The position numbers were made by a program, and so were the translations under genes. A stretch of DNA of 64,000 nucleotides from Emiliania huxleyi CCMP1516 (lineage: Eukaryota): the NCBI RefSeq assembly GCF_000372725.1, contig NW_005202303.1, positions 186,001 through 250,000 on the forward strand, written 5' to 3'. The first letter of the stretch is position 1, and each line of letters opens with the position of its first letter. The notes beneath the pieces are model-generated. The model saw nothing but the letters and a program-made list of their open reading frames with translations. It was not told where the DNA came from and searched no databases. Positions 47,579-60,780 of this stretch are shown piece by piece.

Positions 47579-50039
47579 CGCCCCCGCGATCTACTCGGAC
47601 TCAAACGCCCGGTCGACGGGCAGGGAGGCGGGTCGTCGCGCGAAACAGTGCTTCTGGTGGGTGTCCGCGACGTGATAGAAGGAAGTCGAGCCCGTGTCCA
47701 CCGCCAGCTTCCCGCTGCGTGCTGGCTGGGTCGTGAACATCGTGTCTGCGTGCTGGCTGCGTGCGTGGCACGCATTCGAGGCCCGCATATGTCTGGCAGC
47801 CAAACGTTCCTCCGTCTCTCTTCGCCGTGTAGTAAGAGGGTTCGGTATAGGGCGTCGTCGTCACCTTTTCTTTTTTTGAAAAGGTTCACCTCCGCATGGA
47901 GGACCGCCCTTCGGGCACCATCACGCCCTCCGGGCATACTCCGAACTCCCACACGCCAATACACGCGCGGCCGGCGCCTCTCATGCCCTTCTCCAGGCAC
48001 ACCGCGTGAAAACTGCGCGTACGTCCCCGCGCGCACGCAAACACGCGCAGCGCCTTTCAGAGCTGTGCCCATGTGCGTCTGCCCTGTGCTGGCGCCCCAT
48101 GGCCGTCCCGCGCCGCCCGCACCAGCTGCGCGCCCCTCGCACCACCAGAGGCAGCCGCATATCCACTCACGCCGCGACGCGCGCGCCGCAGCACACCTCA
48201 CCAGCACACCTGCGCCTTTTTGCGCCCTGTGCAGGCTCTGCAGACTGCTTCTGGCATCTCATAAGCGGCTGTACCAGGACGCGCCGCGAGTGAGACGCAG
48301 ATCCGGCACCGCGCAGGCGCGCACGCACGCCCGCACGCGCGCGCGCGCGCGCGCGCTTCCGCTCTCTGCTGCACAGACTGCCAGCCTGCACACACAGCAT
48401 ACAACACCATGTGCACGCATACGCCTGACGATGCAGCCCGCACTCCACAACAATAGCCTGCCTCACGCCTCACCACGCCACCCCGCGCTCACACCGCCAG
48501 CAGCCCGATCAGAGAAACTGCAGCGCGCGCCTCTGCACGCCTGCAGTCTCTCTGCACTCTGAGCCTTCTCAATCCACCCCGCCGCCGCGCCTCCCCGGGC
48601 ACACCGCAGCGAAGATGTGAGTCGAAGTATTGGATATCGGCCGAGCCTGCGCCTGCCGCACACAGCTCTTTTTACTGCCAAAGCATAAAAAGAAAAACAC
48701 GAGGGCGACTTGCACTTTGGTCTTTGGACTTTGCACTTTGCACTTTGCACTAAGCGCAAATTTTACGTATGTGCATAGTGCAACGAAAAAACACCGGAAC
48801 CCACTTCCCCCCTCCCCCCCCGAGATTCAGAAAATAAAAGAAAAACAGCCTAACCCCACAGTAGGAATAACGCCGAGTGCCAGACCACCAGGGGGCAAGT
48901 GTGTGTAGCACCTTCGACCCCGATCTAAAGGCCCGGGTTCGGGTTTATCTCGGACATGTTTTTGGCCACACAAAGAAGTCACTGTGAGAGTCATTTTGTT
49001 GAAACAAAAGAGAAACGATTTATCACCTTGACAAACAGCGACGACCAGCAGCAACGACCTAGAGCAGCGTCCTGCCGAGTGTGTGTAGCACCGACGCAGA
49101 CGCACCCCAGGCACTACACTACGACGGCTAGGCAGACCTCACCAGTCCGATAAGGATCAACTGGAAGGTTGAACCTCGAGCTTAGACAGAACGGGCGCGA
49201 CAGACTCCAGGGGAGATCGCGCTCTACTCGGGGCACCAAGGAGGAAAACCGAAACCGTTTGGGTGCCCCACAACAACCCAAACGCCACAACCCAAGCGCC
49301 ACACCTCCCCCCCACGTCCCCCCCCCCTTGGGGACGTAGCGCACGCCCTTGCTCGGAGAGAGTGGGGGGGGAGGGGGGGTGGGGGAATAGGAGGAGCCAA
49401 CGAGCTCGGAGTAAGGTCCACAGTAGAGAGGCCGGCATTTAAGGCGTAACTTCACCCTCGCTCACCTCGAGTATATCTAGGCGCCCTGGTGCAGTCGGTC
49501 TTCGGATCAGCGGCCAGCTTCCCATCTAGGGCAGGGAACCCCCAGCGACGCTAGTGTGGCCTACGGTAGCCATAGCTTGTACGCGATCCCGGGGCAGGGG
49601 GGTGTGGACTCTGGAGCTCCAAGAGAGGATAGAGAGAGGAAGGGAGATTGGTGTGCCGGTTTTTTGAGCTAGCAATTTTTTTTTTTTTTTTTTTAGGGCG
49701 TCGTCGTCATCGGACGCGGGTCGCAGGAAAACGCATGGAGGCATCACACAAGTCGGACACAACTCAAGTCTAGAGTTTGGGGAGCTGTCTGGCTGCTACA
49801 TGCTTCGACTAAAGTCAGGAACAGGGCGGAAGCGGAAACGCGTCTCTTCAGATCCGGGATATTCCTGACGAATGTCCTTGAGCTGCCGTGGCGCGCGCCC
49901 GGTCGAGCGCGCCCACATTGGCTTCACTCGGGCCCTTATCGGGAGTGGTGATCGCTCTCGAGCGATCCTTTTGGAGCCTGCACGAGGGCGAGGGAGAGAG
50001 GAGAGTGAGGGGGGAGCGTGAGCGGGGGCGCTTGAGGGG

Positions 50040-51514
50040 GTGCGGCGCACTCGTCAATCATCCTCAGCTCGTTCGCGGCTTCGGCATCCGAGAAGCGGTC
50101 CGAGCTGCACGCCGTCCGCCAACTGTCGTCCACGTACAGGCCCGACGAGCGGCGGGCCTCAGAGGCCCGCCGCTCCGATTCGATCCGCTCGTTTTCGGCC
50201 ATGTTATCGGCGGGGGGGGGGGGGCGCGGGCCACGAGGCGTCTTCAGCGTGGTCAGCCCTCCCAACGCAGTCGCCAGCGACCGCGCACCTCGCGGCGTCT
50301 TCAAGGTGGGCACCGCTCCCGCAGCGGCCGCCAGCGGTGCCGGCGCGCGCGGCGCATGCAGCGTGGGCGCGTATCCGGGCGCGCCCTCCGCGGGCGGCGG
50401 CGGGGCCTGCTTCTGCCGATACCTCCTGTAGAGGAGGTAGAGGCAGCAGAGGAGGAGGAGCGCCACGATTGCGAGGATGAGCCACAGCCACCAAGACAGG
50501 CCCTTCTTTGAGTCCGCGGTCGTGAGGGCGCCCGCATCGGCGACGTAGCTGCACCCATCCTCGCTGAGGTCTCCCCCCCCCGGTCGGGCGGGCGTGAGCG
50601 GCGGGCACGCTGGGGGCGGCGGTGGGGTCGGGGCCTTGCCGGGCGGGTAGGGCGGCGGCGACGGCGGCGGGGTCGGGGCATTGCCGGGCGGGAAGGGCGG
50701 CGGCGACGGCGGCGGGGTCGGGGCCTTGCCGGGCGGGTAGGGCGGCGGCGACGGCGGCGGGGTCGGGGCATTGCCGGGCGGGTAGGGCGGCGGCGACGGC
50801 GGCGGGGTCGGGGCATTGCCGGGCGGGTAGGGCGGCGGCGACGGCGGCGGGGTCGGGGCCTTGCCGGGCGGGTAGGGCGGCGGCGACGGCGGCGGGGTCG
50901 GGGCCTTGCCGGGCGGGTAGGGCGGCGGCGACGGCGGCGGGGTCGGGGCCTTGCCGGGCGGGTAGGGCGGCGGCGACGGCGGCGGGGTCGGGGCCTTGCC
51001 GGGCGGGTAGGGCGGCGGCGACGGCGGCGGGGTCGGGGCCTTGCCGGGCGGGTAGGGCGGCGGCGACGGCGGCGGGGTCGGGGCCTTGCCGGGCGGGTAG
51101 GGCGGCGGCGACGGCGGCGGGGTCGGGGCCTTGCCGGGCGGGTAGGGCGGCGGCGACGGCGGCGGGGTCGGGGCATTGCCGGGCGGGTAGGGCGGCGGCG
51201 ACGGCGGCGGGGTCGGGGCATTGCCGGGCGGGTAGGGCGGCGGCGACGGCGGCGGGGTCGGGGCCTTGCCGGGCGGGTAGGGCGGCGGCGACGGCGGCGG
51301 GGTCGGGGCCTTGCCGGGCGGGTAGGGCGGCGGCGACGGCGGCGGGGTCGGGGCCTTGCCGGGCGGGTAGGGCGGCGGCGACGGCGGCGGGGTCGGGGCA
51401 TTGCCGGGCGGGTAGGGCGGCGGCGACGGCGGAGGGGTCGGGGCATTGCCGGGCGGGTAGGGCGGCGGCGACGGCGGCGGGGTCGGGCGGGTAGGGCGGC
51501 CGCGACGGCGGCGG
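50040..51514 (-). CDS. Partial Pro-rich (extensin-like) single-pass membrane protein; 5' end lost in a gap
   Basis: About 20 copies of a 42-bp unit encoding PPPSPPPYPPG[K/N]APT, then TM segment WWLWLILAIVALLLLCCLYLLY followed by RRYRQK. 3' end uncertain. Confidence 0.75.
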
Positions 51515-51614
51515 NNNNNNNNNNNNNNNNNNNNNNNNNNNNNNNNNNNNNNNNNNNNNNNNNNNNNNNNNNNNNNNNNNNNNNNNNNNNNNNNNNNNNN
51601 NNNNNNNNNNNNNN
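51515..51614. other. Assembly gap (100 N); further gaps at 52728-52827 and 55042-55141
   Basis: N runs. Confidence 1.
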
Positions 51615-52331
51615 GGCACCCGGGGTAGCGCACAGGGTGCGTCAGCCCCCCTTGGCCTGTGCGCCGAGGGGTGTGCCTCCGCCGGGCGAGGTGGACGCCG
51701 GACCGTGGTACGAGGAGGAGCCGCACGCGACGCGGGTGCGCGCGCTGGGGCTGCCGAGGTCGGCCCCGGACATCTGCAGCGCCATGTCGATGGCGGCGTG
51801 CACCGCGCTGGCGCCCTCCGCCTGCAGGTTGACGCACCAGTCGCCGCTCTTGCTCGGCAGGTGCGGCCCGAGCGCGGCGAGGAACTGTTCCAGCTGCAGT
51901 GGCACGCCCGTGGAGGTGTGCACCGAGAGCGACTCGGCCGGCTCACCCCGGCGAAGCGCCTCCATCGCACGAACCTCCAGCTCGAAGCCGGGCCGCAGCA
52001 GCTCCGCCAGGTTGGGACCAGAGAGCACTTCGGAGCACGCGCCGCCGAGCACGCGAACCTCGCCATCGGTCCGCGCGAAGCGGAAGCCATTCTTGGCCTT
52101 GACGGGCGGCAGGTTCTTCCCCAGCGCGTACCGCCCGGCGAACCTGCCGTTGTCGTACCCGGCGGCGGCGGAGGCGGCCGCGCTGGCCGCGGCTGTGCTG
52201 GCGCTGGCCGCCGGCGCAGAGGCCACGCGGAAAGCGCCGCCGACGAGGCTCCTCCCGCCGGGAGCGAGGGCGGAAGCCGGGTTGGTGGCGCACGCCAGCG
52301 CCGTCAGCCGCACCATCGCCCTCAAGCTCAT
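51615..52331 (-). CDS. Class III PLP aminotransferase-like protein, N-terminal part, truncated by a gap
   Basis: EGASAVHAAIDMAL...VACGSSSYHG matches the class III SGSEA.EAA.K.A...YHG pattern. N-terminal signal-like peptide. Confidence 0.6.
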
Positions 52332-52836
52332 CGCCCACAGCTGGCCTGGCCGCACGATTTTCGATGAAGGTCGACAAGAACGCTAGAAATCGCTAACTTC
52401 CCTGTGCGGGCGGGGTGCGCACTGTGCCTCTGTGTTCGGTCGCCCATCTCTCCTGGAGGTACTGCTCTATTTATGCTGCAACCCTCTCCGCGCCGTGCCC
52501 CCTCCCCCTCGCTTTTGAGAGGAGATAGATTTTTAGCAATCTTACCTTAAAGAGAGGTAGGTTACATCCGTTAGCGGGAGATCGGCGGGAGCTGCGGACG
52601 TTTCGAATTCGGCGAGTGCTGCGGACGTTCGAATTTGTCGACGGACCGTTTCAGCTCTCAGGTCTCTGCGCTCCCGTAAGCCGTATGTGAGCGAGGCACC
52701 GAGGCTGCCATAGATGGGCCCAGGTAGNNNNNNNNNNNNNNNNNNNNNNNNNNNNNNNNNNNNNNNNNNNNNNNNNNNNNNNNNNNNNNNNNNNNNNNNN
52801 NNNNNNNNNNNNNNNNNNNNNNNNNNNCACGACGGT

Positions 52837-54872
52837 TTGGCCGGCGCCATGTGGCGCCGAAACCTGGCGAGGTACTTCCAGCCTGCTGTGGGAACAGCTG
52901 ACGCAGTCTCGCCGAGGCTCGCCCCAGCATCTCGGGTTGACTCGGCCAGACAAAAACCCCGAGAGGCGTGGGAGTACCTCGCTAGGTCCCAGATAAACTT
53001 TTTTATGACCAACACGACGCCGATCGTTGAAAGTAGCAACCACCCACACGCGCTCTAACCAACTGGCTCAGTTGAAGAAAGAGGCCGCTCCCACAGCTCT
53101 CACACCTATCTCTCTGGTACACAATATTGGTTGGAAGCGTTGTGAATTGTGGACCATTGGCCTCCTAAAAATCTCGGAGAGACAAGACGACAAGCTGCCG
53201 AGCGCAAATCACTCTGTGTGACACATTTCTTGTTGGCTTCTAAAAATCTCTCTCTCAACTGCCGCGAGCCGTCTTTTACCCGCCTGCTCAGCTAAATTCT
53301 TTTTTTGCTTTATGCGGACAGAATGACGGGGAAGGTAGGGTAGGTCTGGGCCCTCCCGTCGGGTTTTTCCCTCTCTTCGCGCGGAATTTTCACAGCATAA
53401 AAAGAAAATTTTCCGCCGAAATCACGTAAACTTGTGACGCTTGTTGGGCTAGTATGTTGTTTTCTGGGGGCGTTCGGGGCGGCGGAGTATTTTTGTGTGC
53501 GCGCGGGCGGCCAGGGGCGGCCCCTGGGCGCCCTATTGCCGATTTTTTACAATCGAACACACCCGGGCGCGAGAACGGAACTAGGTGACAACATAGGTAT
53601 TTGGCTTCCGCAGAAGAAAAAGAATTCTTACAATACAAGCCTCTCTCTCACAGCACATTATGTATGTAGGAAGGTGAAGAACAGCCAGGCTCGGACTGGA
53701 CACCAACGCGGTATGGGTGGACGCTGGACAGATGATGACGGCACGCACGAGCGACACACAGACACAAACAGGCTCACAAGACACACAGCCAGCGGGCTGC
53801 CACACACCCTGAGTTGGCGTACACATAACTCAGGGCCACGTCCTCCCTGTCGCCCCCCCCAGCACACACGGTGCCAAGGGTACAAACAAGAGCACAACAA
53901 CACAGACAGGTGACAGGGAGTAACGTGCGAGGCTAGAGCAGACCGCTCCGCCTCTAGCAATCTCACCGGCCGGCGAGGCACGGACGAGACCGTGTGTGGG
54001 GTCTAGTGAGGTGTCTATGGACGCCCTCCTCACAGGCTAGCTGCCTACTGCTAGCCCTATCTCGCACTCACGGGTGATGACAATTCATTGTAGGAGTGTA
54101 TGCGAGCAGAGGCGCGTGTGCTAAATCTAGGCCGCACGTCGTGGCACTATGACGGAGATAGACGTGCGGCCGCAGCGCGCCCACCGCAGGCTCGGTGGTG
54201 CGCGCGTGTTAGCGAGAAAAATGCGGGTAGAGCCATGCCCGACTTTTCGAAGGCGAGCCCCACGCCACGGATGCCAGCCGTGCCTTCGCGGGAGTCGTCT
54301 CTCGAGCCGCGTCCCGTCTCTGTCTCTGAGTGCGTCCCGCCTTGCGCGGCACACACTCTCGACGAGGGCAGTCCTGCCTACGGGAACGTGTCGCGCGCCG
54401 GCGACGGTTGCGGCGTGGTCGTTGTCTGTACGAAGCGAAGATGGCACGACCACCGCCCTGCATCGCAGACCGGGCAAGGAGGGGCCTGCTCCCGTTCCGC
54501 GAGGAACAGAGGTCTCCCCCCTCCCCCGGCCTGAGCAGCTACGGGTGGAAGGCAGCCCCTTGAGTCGAGGGCGGCGCGACCATTGCGCCGCGTCAAAGGC
54601 CAGAGGCCCCGGTCAGTACGGATGGTCGCGCCGCCCACTCCGCGCCGCCCGCCGCCGCGCCGCGCCGCCGCCCGATGATTATTAATTCATTATTAATAAA
54701 TAATTAAGTAATGACCCCACCCGCCGCCCCGCCGCCCCGCCCTGCGTCGCCCGCTGCCTCGCCGCGCCGCCGCCTCGCGCCGCCCGCCGCCGCGCCGCGC
54801 CGCCGCCCGATGATTAATAATTTAATATTATTACCCGATCATTAATAATGTGTGTGTGTGTGTGTGCATGTG
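52837..54872. repeat. Copy 1 of a ~2 kb near-identical direct duplication
   Basis: Matches 57832-59880 at an offset of ~5005 bp, with identical ORF translations in the track. Confidence 0.92.
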
Positions 54873-55141
54873 TTGTGTGTGGTGTGTTTCCCCCGATTGG
54901 CGGGGAAAGGGCCAGGCCAGCCCCCCGAGCCCCAAGTGGGCGTCGGCCGAACCCGGCCAGGAACCCCAATGGTGTAAGGCCCACCAGCGCCAACTTGGCG
55001 GCGGAAAACAAGTGCCCCCCCGGGGGGCCCCCACCGCCCCANNNNNNNNNNNNNNNNNNNNNNNNNNNNNNNNNNNNNNNNNNNNNNNNNNNNNNNNNNN
55101 NNNNNNNNNNNNNNNNNNNNNNNNNNNNNNNNNNNNNNNNN

Positions 55142-57611
55142 CGGAGGCGGCGGCGACGTCGGTGGAGGTGACGCCGGCGGCGTCGAAGGAGGCGGCGGAG
55201 AGGGCGGTGGCGGGGACGGCGGAGGCGGCGACGGCGGCGGAGGCGACGGCGGCGGCGGAGAGGGCGGCGGCGGGGACGGTGGCGGTGGAGAGGGCGGCGG
55301 CGGCGAGGGAGGAGGAGGGCTGGGCGGCGGCGGCGAGGGCGGTGGCGGCGAAGGTGGAGGCGGTGACGGTGGCGGAGGCGAGGGCGGAGGCGGCGAGGGC
55401 GGAGGCGGAGAGGGGGGCGGCGGCGAGGGGGGCGGAGGTGAAGGAGGCGGAGGCGAGGGCGGCGGCGGGCTAGGAGGAGGCGGCGACGGCGGCGGTGGCG
55501 ATGGCGGCGGCGGGGAGGGCGGAGGCGGCGACGGCGGCGGAGGTGAAGGAGGTGGCGGCGAGGGAGGAGGAGGTGAGGGCGGCGGTGGCGACGGTGGCGG
55601 CGGAGAGGGCGGAGGCGGGCTCGGCGGCGGCGGCGAGGGCGGCGGCGGCGAGGGCGGCGGCGGCGAGGGCGGCGGCGGCGAGGGCGGCGGCGGCGAGGGC
55701 GGCGGCGAGGGCGGCGGAGGCGACGGAGGAGGCGGGGAAGGTGGCGGCGGGGAGGGAGGAGGCGGGCTGGGCAGCGGCATCGACGGCGGCGGCGGTGGCG
55801 TGGGCGGCGGCTTGGGCAACGGCGGGAAGGGCGGCGACGGTGGCGGGGAGGGCGGCGGCGGCGTGGGCGGCGGCGCGGGGGGTGAGGGGGGTGATGATGG
55901 TGGTGGGCAAACGAGCCAGTCGCCTTTATCGCAGCACAAGCTCCAAGTGGCGAACCCGAACTCGAATTCACCTGGGAGAGGGAGGGTGTGGTGGTGGTGG
56001 GGGGGGGTAGGCGAGGGGGGAGGAGTGGCGGATGAGGGGGGGGGGGGTGCCTTTGGTATTGTTCGACTCGTAGTAAGTCGTGCGTTCGCCAACAAGCGTG
56101 CCAAAAGATTCTATCGTGCCATCGTCGGCCTCATAAACAGAGCCCGGGTTCGGGTCGATTGTACAGCTTGAACCAGCGGCCTCCACGCACCTGGCGTTCG
56201 CGGCGTTCGGATCCGTTTCGAGAACCAAGGTCCCCCCGCACTGCCGCCACTGCCAGGGGAGGTAGGTGGTCATGCCAGGGACGAAGGCCTTCCTGGTATC
56301 CTCCATGCACGGTCTCACTCGGCCGGTCGATCCGGACACAAAGTAGAGGTCGTCGCAACTCAGGCCTTCGTCCCGCCCCTGCTCCGCCGGGTCGGAGGTC
56401 GCCCTCGCGCACCCTGGCGTAAGGCAGCCTTTCTTCTTTTCGGCCCAGGGCGGGGTCGGCTCGTAGTGCTCGCACGAGGCGTAGCAGGCCGCCATGGTGG
56501 GGCGCGACTCCACGTCCCGCCCGGTGGAGAGGAAATTGTTGCCGATGTTCTTTGCGCAGAGCACCAGCTCCGTTCGCGACGACCCCACATCGTAGCAAGC
56601 GTTGATAGGGTCGGACGGCGGCGACGGCGGGGACGATGGCGGCGACGGCGGCGACGGCGGCGACGGCGGCGACGGCGGCAGCGACGGCGGCGACGGCGGC
56701 GACGGCGGGAGCGGTGGCTGCGACGGCGGCGACGGCGGCAACGACGGCGGGAAAGGCGGGGGGGGCGGAGGGGGCGGAAGGAGGGGCGGATACGACGGCG
56801 GCGACGGCGGCGACGGCGGGAGCGGTGGCTGCGACGGCGGCGACGGCGGCAACGACGGCGGGAAAGGCGGGGGGGGCGGAGGGGGCGGAAGGAGGGGCGG
56901 ATACGGCAACAACGGAGGAGGAGGCTGAGCCGTCGCGGCAGGCAGCAGGGCCTTGAAGACGAGTGCGGCTGCGCCGCCGCCGCCCATGCCGACGGCCGCG
57001 AGGAAGGCGATGAAGATGCTGAGCAGGTGGGGCTGGCAGAGGCGGCCGGGGCCGCAGCGCGGCGAGTCGAGCGAGGGCTTCTTGGCCCGATTCTTGGGCG
57101 AGAGGGGCGTGCCCTGAGCGGGCAGGCGGGGCGCAGAGCGAGTTGGGCGCCGTCTCCCACGGCGCAGTGAGAAGGTGCGGTCTCCGGCAGGAGCGCGCAC
57201 CGAGGGCGTGTAGGGCGGCGAGTCGGAGCCGTCGGACGCCTCGCCGCACGCCTTGCCGCCGTCGCCCCCGGCCCCCCCCTCCGCGCCGGAGAGGGCCCCA
57301 AACCAGTTGGCGCCGCCGACCTTGCTGACGGCCTTGGAGGAGTCAAACTTGGACTCAGGCTTGCGCTCGTTCATGAGCGGGTTCGTTGTCCAGTCGCCCT
57401 GTGGCGGCGCGCGGAGAGAGAACCCCGGCGAGGAACCGCGGGGGGGGTGGGGGGTTGCTGCAATAGACACATGTATATATCTCACCGCCGCGGGCGCCTC
57501 GATCTCCGTGGCCTCCGCCGCCTTGCAATCGTCGTGTTCGCGGCGATTTGCAAGATCCACAGAAGCCGCAGCATCGTCGGCAGTGGGTGCTTGGTGGGGC
57601 GAGGCCATCAT
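55142..57611 (-). CDS. Pro-rich type II membrane protein with (SPPPP)n stalks and a Cys-rich module; 3' end lost in a gap
   Basis: TM segment LLSIFIAFLAAVGMGGGGAAALVF, PPS repeats, Cys-rich region (CYDVG...CYASC...CDDLY...C), then long SPPPP repeats. Confidence 0.7.
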
Positions 57612-57831
57612 TTGCTGACCCTCAAGATGCACGTTCGAGCGTCGGCGTGAGCGAGCGGCGGCGTCGATCAACATTTGCGTCCCACAACGCGATTGCGCCT
57701 GGCGGCAGGGCGGCAGGGCGAGGGTCAGCGGCAGCGGCGATGAGAAGAAGGGCGGCCGTCGGAACAGATGGGCGAGCTAGGTCGGTTGCAAAAAACCGGC
57801 GCTGATCGATCAAGGTGTGCTACGAGCCGTC

Positions 57832-59880
57832 TTTGGCCAGCGCCATGTGACGCCGAAACCCGGCCCCCCAGGGCGACCAACACGACGCCGATCGTTGAAA
57901 GTAGCAACCACCCACACGCGCTCTAACCAACTGGCTCAGTTGAAGAAAGAGGCCGCTCCCACAGCTCTCACACCTATCTCTCTGGTGAGACCGCCAGTGG
58001 ATGTGGGAGTCCACCGCGCACCGCGCTGCGAGCCTGTCGTGTCCCTTGTCAGGAGCAGGAGAGCCCCACCTGTCCCCCTGATCGTCCTTCCAAAATCCTG
58101 CTCGTGCAGGTGGGGACCTTGTCCTCGTCCCATCCCTCGTTTGGCGTGTCTGATTTCTTTCTTTCTTTTCCTATCTCTCTGGTACACAATATTGGTTGGA
58201 AGCGTTGTGAATTGTGGACCATTGGCCTCCTAAAAATCTCTCTCTCAACTGCCGCGAGCCGTCTCTCTCTTGTTTGTCTTTTACCCGCCTGCTCAGCTAA
58301 ATTCTTTTTTTGCTTTATGCGGACAGAATGACGGGGAAGGTAGGGTAGGTCTGGGCCCTCCCGTCGGGGTTTTCCCTCTCTTCGCGCGGAATTTTCACAG
58401 CATAAAAAGAAAATTTTCCGCCGAAATCACGTAAACTTGTGACGCTTGTTGGGCTAGTATGTTGTTTTCTGGGGGCGTTCGGGGCGGCGGAGTATTTTTG
58501 TGTGCGCGCGGGCGGCCAGGGGCGGCCCCTGGGCGCCCTATTGCCGATTTTTTACAATCGAACACACCCGGGCGCGAGAACGGAACTAGGTGACAACATA
58601 GGTATTTGGCTTCCGCAGAAGAAAAAGAATTCTTACAATACAAGCCTCTCTCTCACAGCACATTATGTATGTAGGAAGGTGAAGAACAGCCAGGCTCGGA
58701 CTGGACACCAACGCGGTATGGGTGGACGCTGGACAGATGATGACGGCACGCACGAGCGACACACAGACACAAACAGGCTCACAAGACACACAGCCAGCGG
58801 GCTGCCACACACCCTGAGTTGGCGTACACATAACTCAGGGCCACGTCCTCCCTGTCGCCCCCCCCAGCACACACGGTGCCAAGGGTACAAACAAGAGCAC
58901 AACAACACAGACAGGTGACAGGGAGTAACGTGCGAGGCTAGAGCAGACCGCTCCGCCTCTAGCAATCTCACCGGCCGGCGAGGCACGGACGAGACCGTGT
59001 GTGGGGTCTAGTGAGGTGTCTATGGACGCCCTCCTCACAGGCTAGCTGCCTACTGCTAGCCCTATCTCGCACTCACGGGTGATGACAATTCATTGTATGA
59101 GTGTATGCGAGCAGAGGCGCGTGTGCTAAATCTAGGCCGCACGTCGTGGCACTATGACGGAGATAGACGTGCGGCCGCAGCGCGCCCACCGCAGGCTCGG
59201 TGGTGCGCGCGTGTTAGCGAGAAAAATGCGGGTAGAGCCATGCCCGACTTTTCGAAGGCGAGCCCCACGCCACGGATGCCAGCCGTGCCTTCGCGGGAGT
59301 CGTCTCTCGAGCCGCGTCCCGTCTCTGTCTCTGAGTGCGTCCCGCCTTGCGCGGCACACACTCTCGACGAGGGCAGTCCTGCCTACGGGAACGTGTCGCG
59401 CGCCGGCGACGGTTGCGGCGTGGTCGTTGTCTGTACGAAGCGAAGATGGCACGACCACCGCCCTGCATCGCAGACCGGGCAAGGAGGGGCCTGCTCCCGT
59501 TCCGCGAGGAACAGAGGTCTCCCCCCTCCCCCGGCCTGAGCAGCTACGGGTGGAAGGCAGCCCCTTGAGTCGAGGGCGGCGCGACCATTGCGCCGCGTCA
59601 AAGGCCAGAGGCCCCGGTCAGTACAGATGGTCGCGCCGCCCCGCTCCGCGCCGCCCGCCGCCGCGCCGCGCCGCCGCCCGATGATTATTAATTCATTATT
59701 AATAAATAATTAAGTAATGACCCCACCCGCCGCCCCGCCGCCCCGCCCTGCGTCGCCCGCTGCCTCGCCGCGCCGCCGCCTCGCGCCGCCCGCCGCCGCG
59801 CCGCGCCGCCGCCCGATGATTAATAATTAATAATTATTACCCGATCATTAATAATGTGTGTGTGTGTGTGTGCATGTGTG
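57832..59880. repeat. Copy 2 of the ~2 kb direct duplication
   Basis: See 52837-54872. Confidence 0.92.
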
Positions 59881-60780
59881 TGTGTGTGTGTTTGCGCGAT
59901 GGCAGGGAAGGGCAGGGCAGCCGCGAGCCGCAAGTGGCGTCGGCGACGCGGCGAGGACACGATGGTGACGCCCACAGCGCAGCGTGCGCGGCAGCAGTGC
60001 CGCCGGCGGCCCCACGCCGCATCAGCGGCGCTCTGAGTGAGTCAGGCTGCGCTGCACAGCCTGCTGAGCACGTTCCCGACGAGCGTCGCGCCACGCGGGT
60101 CCGCCGCAGGCGACGCGGGCGGCGAGCCGATGCGCGTGTCGTAGGCGTAGGGTGCGCTGGCGAAGCGAGGCGGCCGGCGCTGGCCCCCGCAGGCGGTTGC
60201 AGCGAGAGCAGCGAGGTAAAAGACACTGTCGAAAGGGTGGGGAGCGGCCTGCCGTCGAGCAGCACGCCGCGCAAGCCCGCTGCCGGCGACCCGATCGAGA
60301 GCTCGTAGTCATGGTACTATTCAGCGCGCCATCCGCGCCCGAGGCAGCCCGCCCTGGCTCTGTAGGCCTTCCCAGACAGCTTGGCGAGGCTGTACAGAAT
60401 GCCCAGAGCATGCCGGGCAGGCTCCCGTCGAGCGACGAGCCATGCTGGCTCCTCGCGGGCGGCGAGCTCGAAGACCCGCTCGGAGCTTCGCCCAGCCCGG
60501 CGAGCCCGCCCGCACGCCCGCGGCCGCAGACATGAAAGACCAGCTTCTTGGCGTTTCCTGCCAGCGCTCACATGCCAAAAGACACCTCGCAGCGCGCGTG
60601 ACGTGACCGAAGCGGCACGCCTCGGCGCCGAGAGCAGCCGGTCGACGTCGGCACCAAGCGCGCGGCCGCCGGGCGCCTCCCACCCAAAAAGTTTTTCTTT
60701 GGGAAGGCGCTGTAATAAAAAGAAAATGCGGCGTTCTCGCGCTGGCTCAGCGATCACTAGCCATCTATTTGCCTGACAAC

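Noticed and set aside
49936..51837. Single ORF fusing the aminotransferase with the Pro-rich repeat protein
   Set aside because: It only reads through a 100-N gap, so the two sides are probably different genes.
51615..52331. Aminotransferase as part of the MAA cluster
   Set aside because: It is separated from mysC by ~4 kb, another gene and a gap, and has no known role in the pathway.
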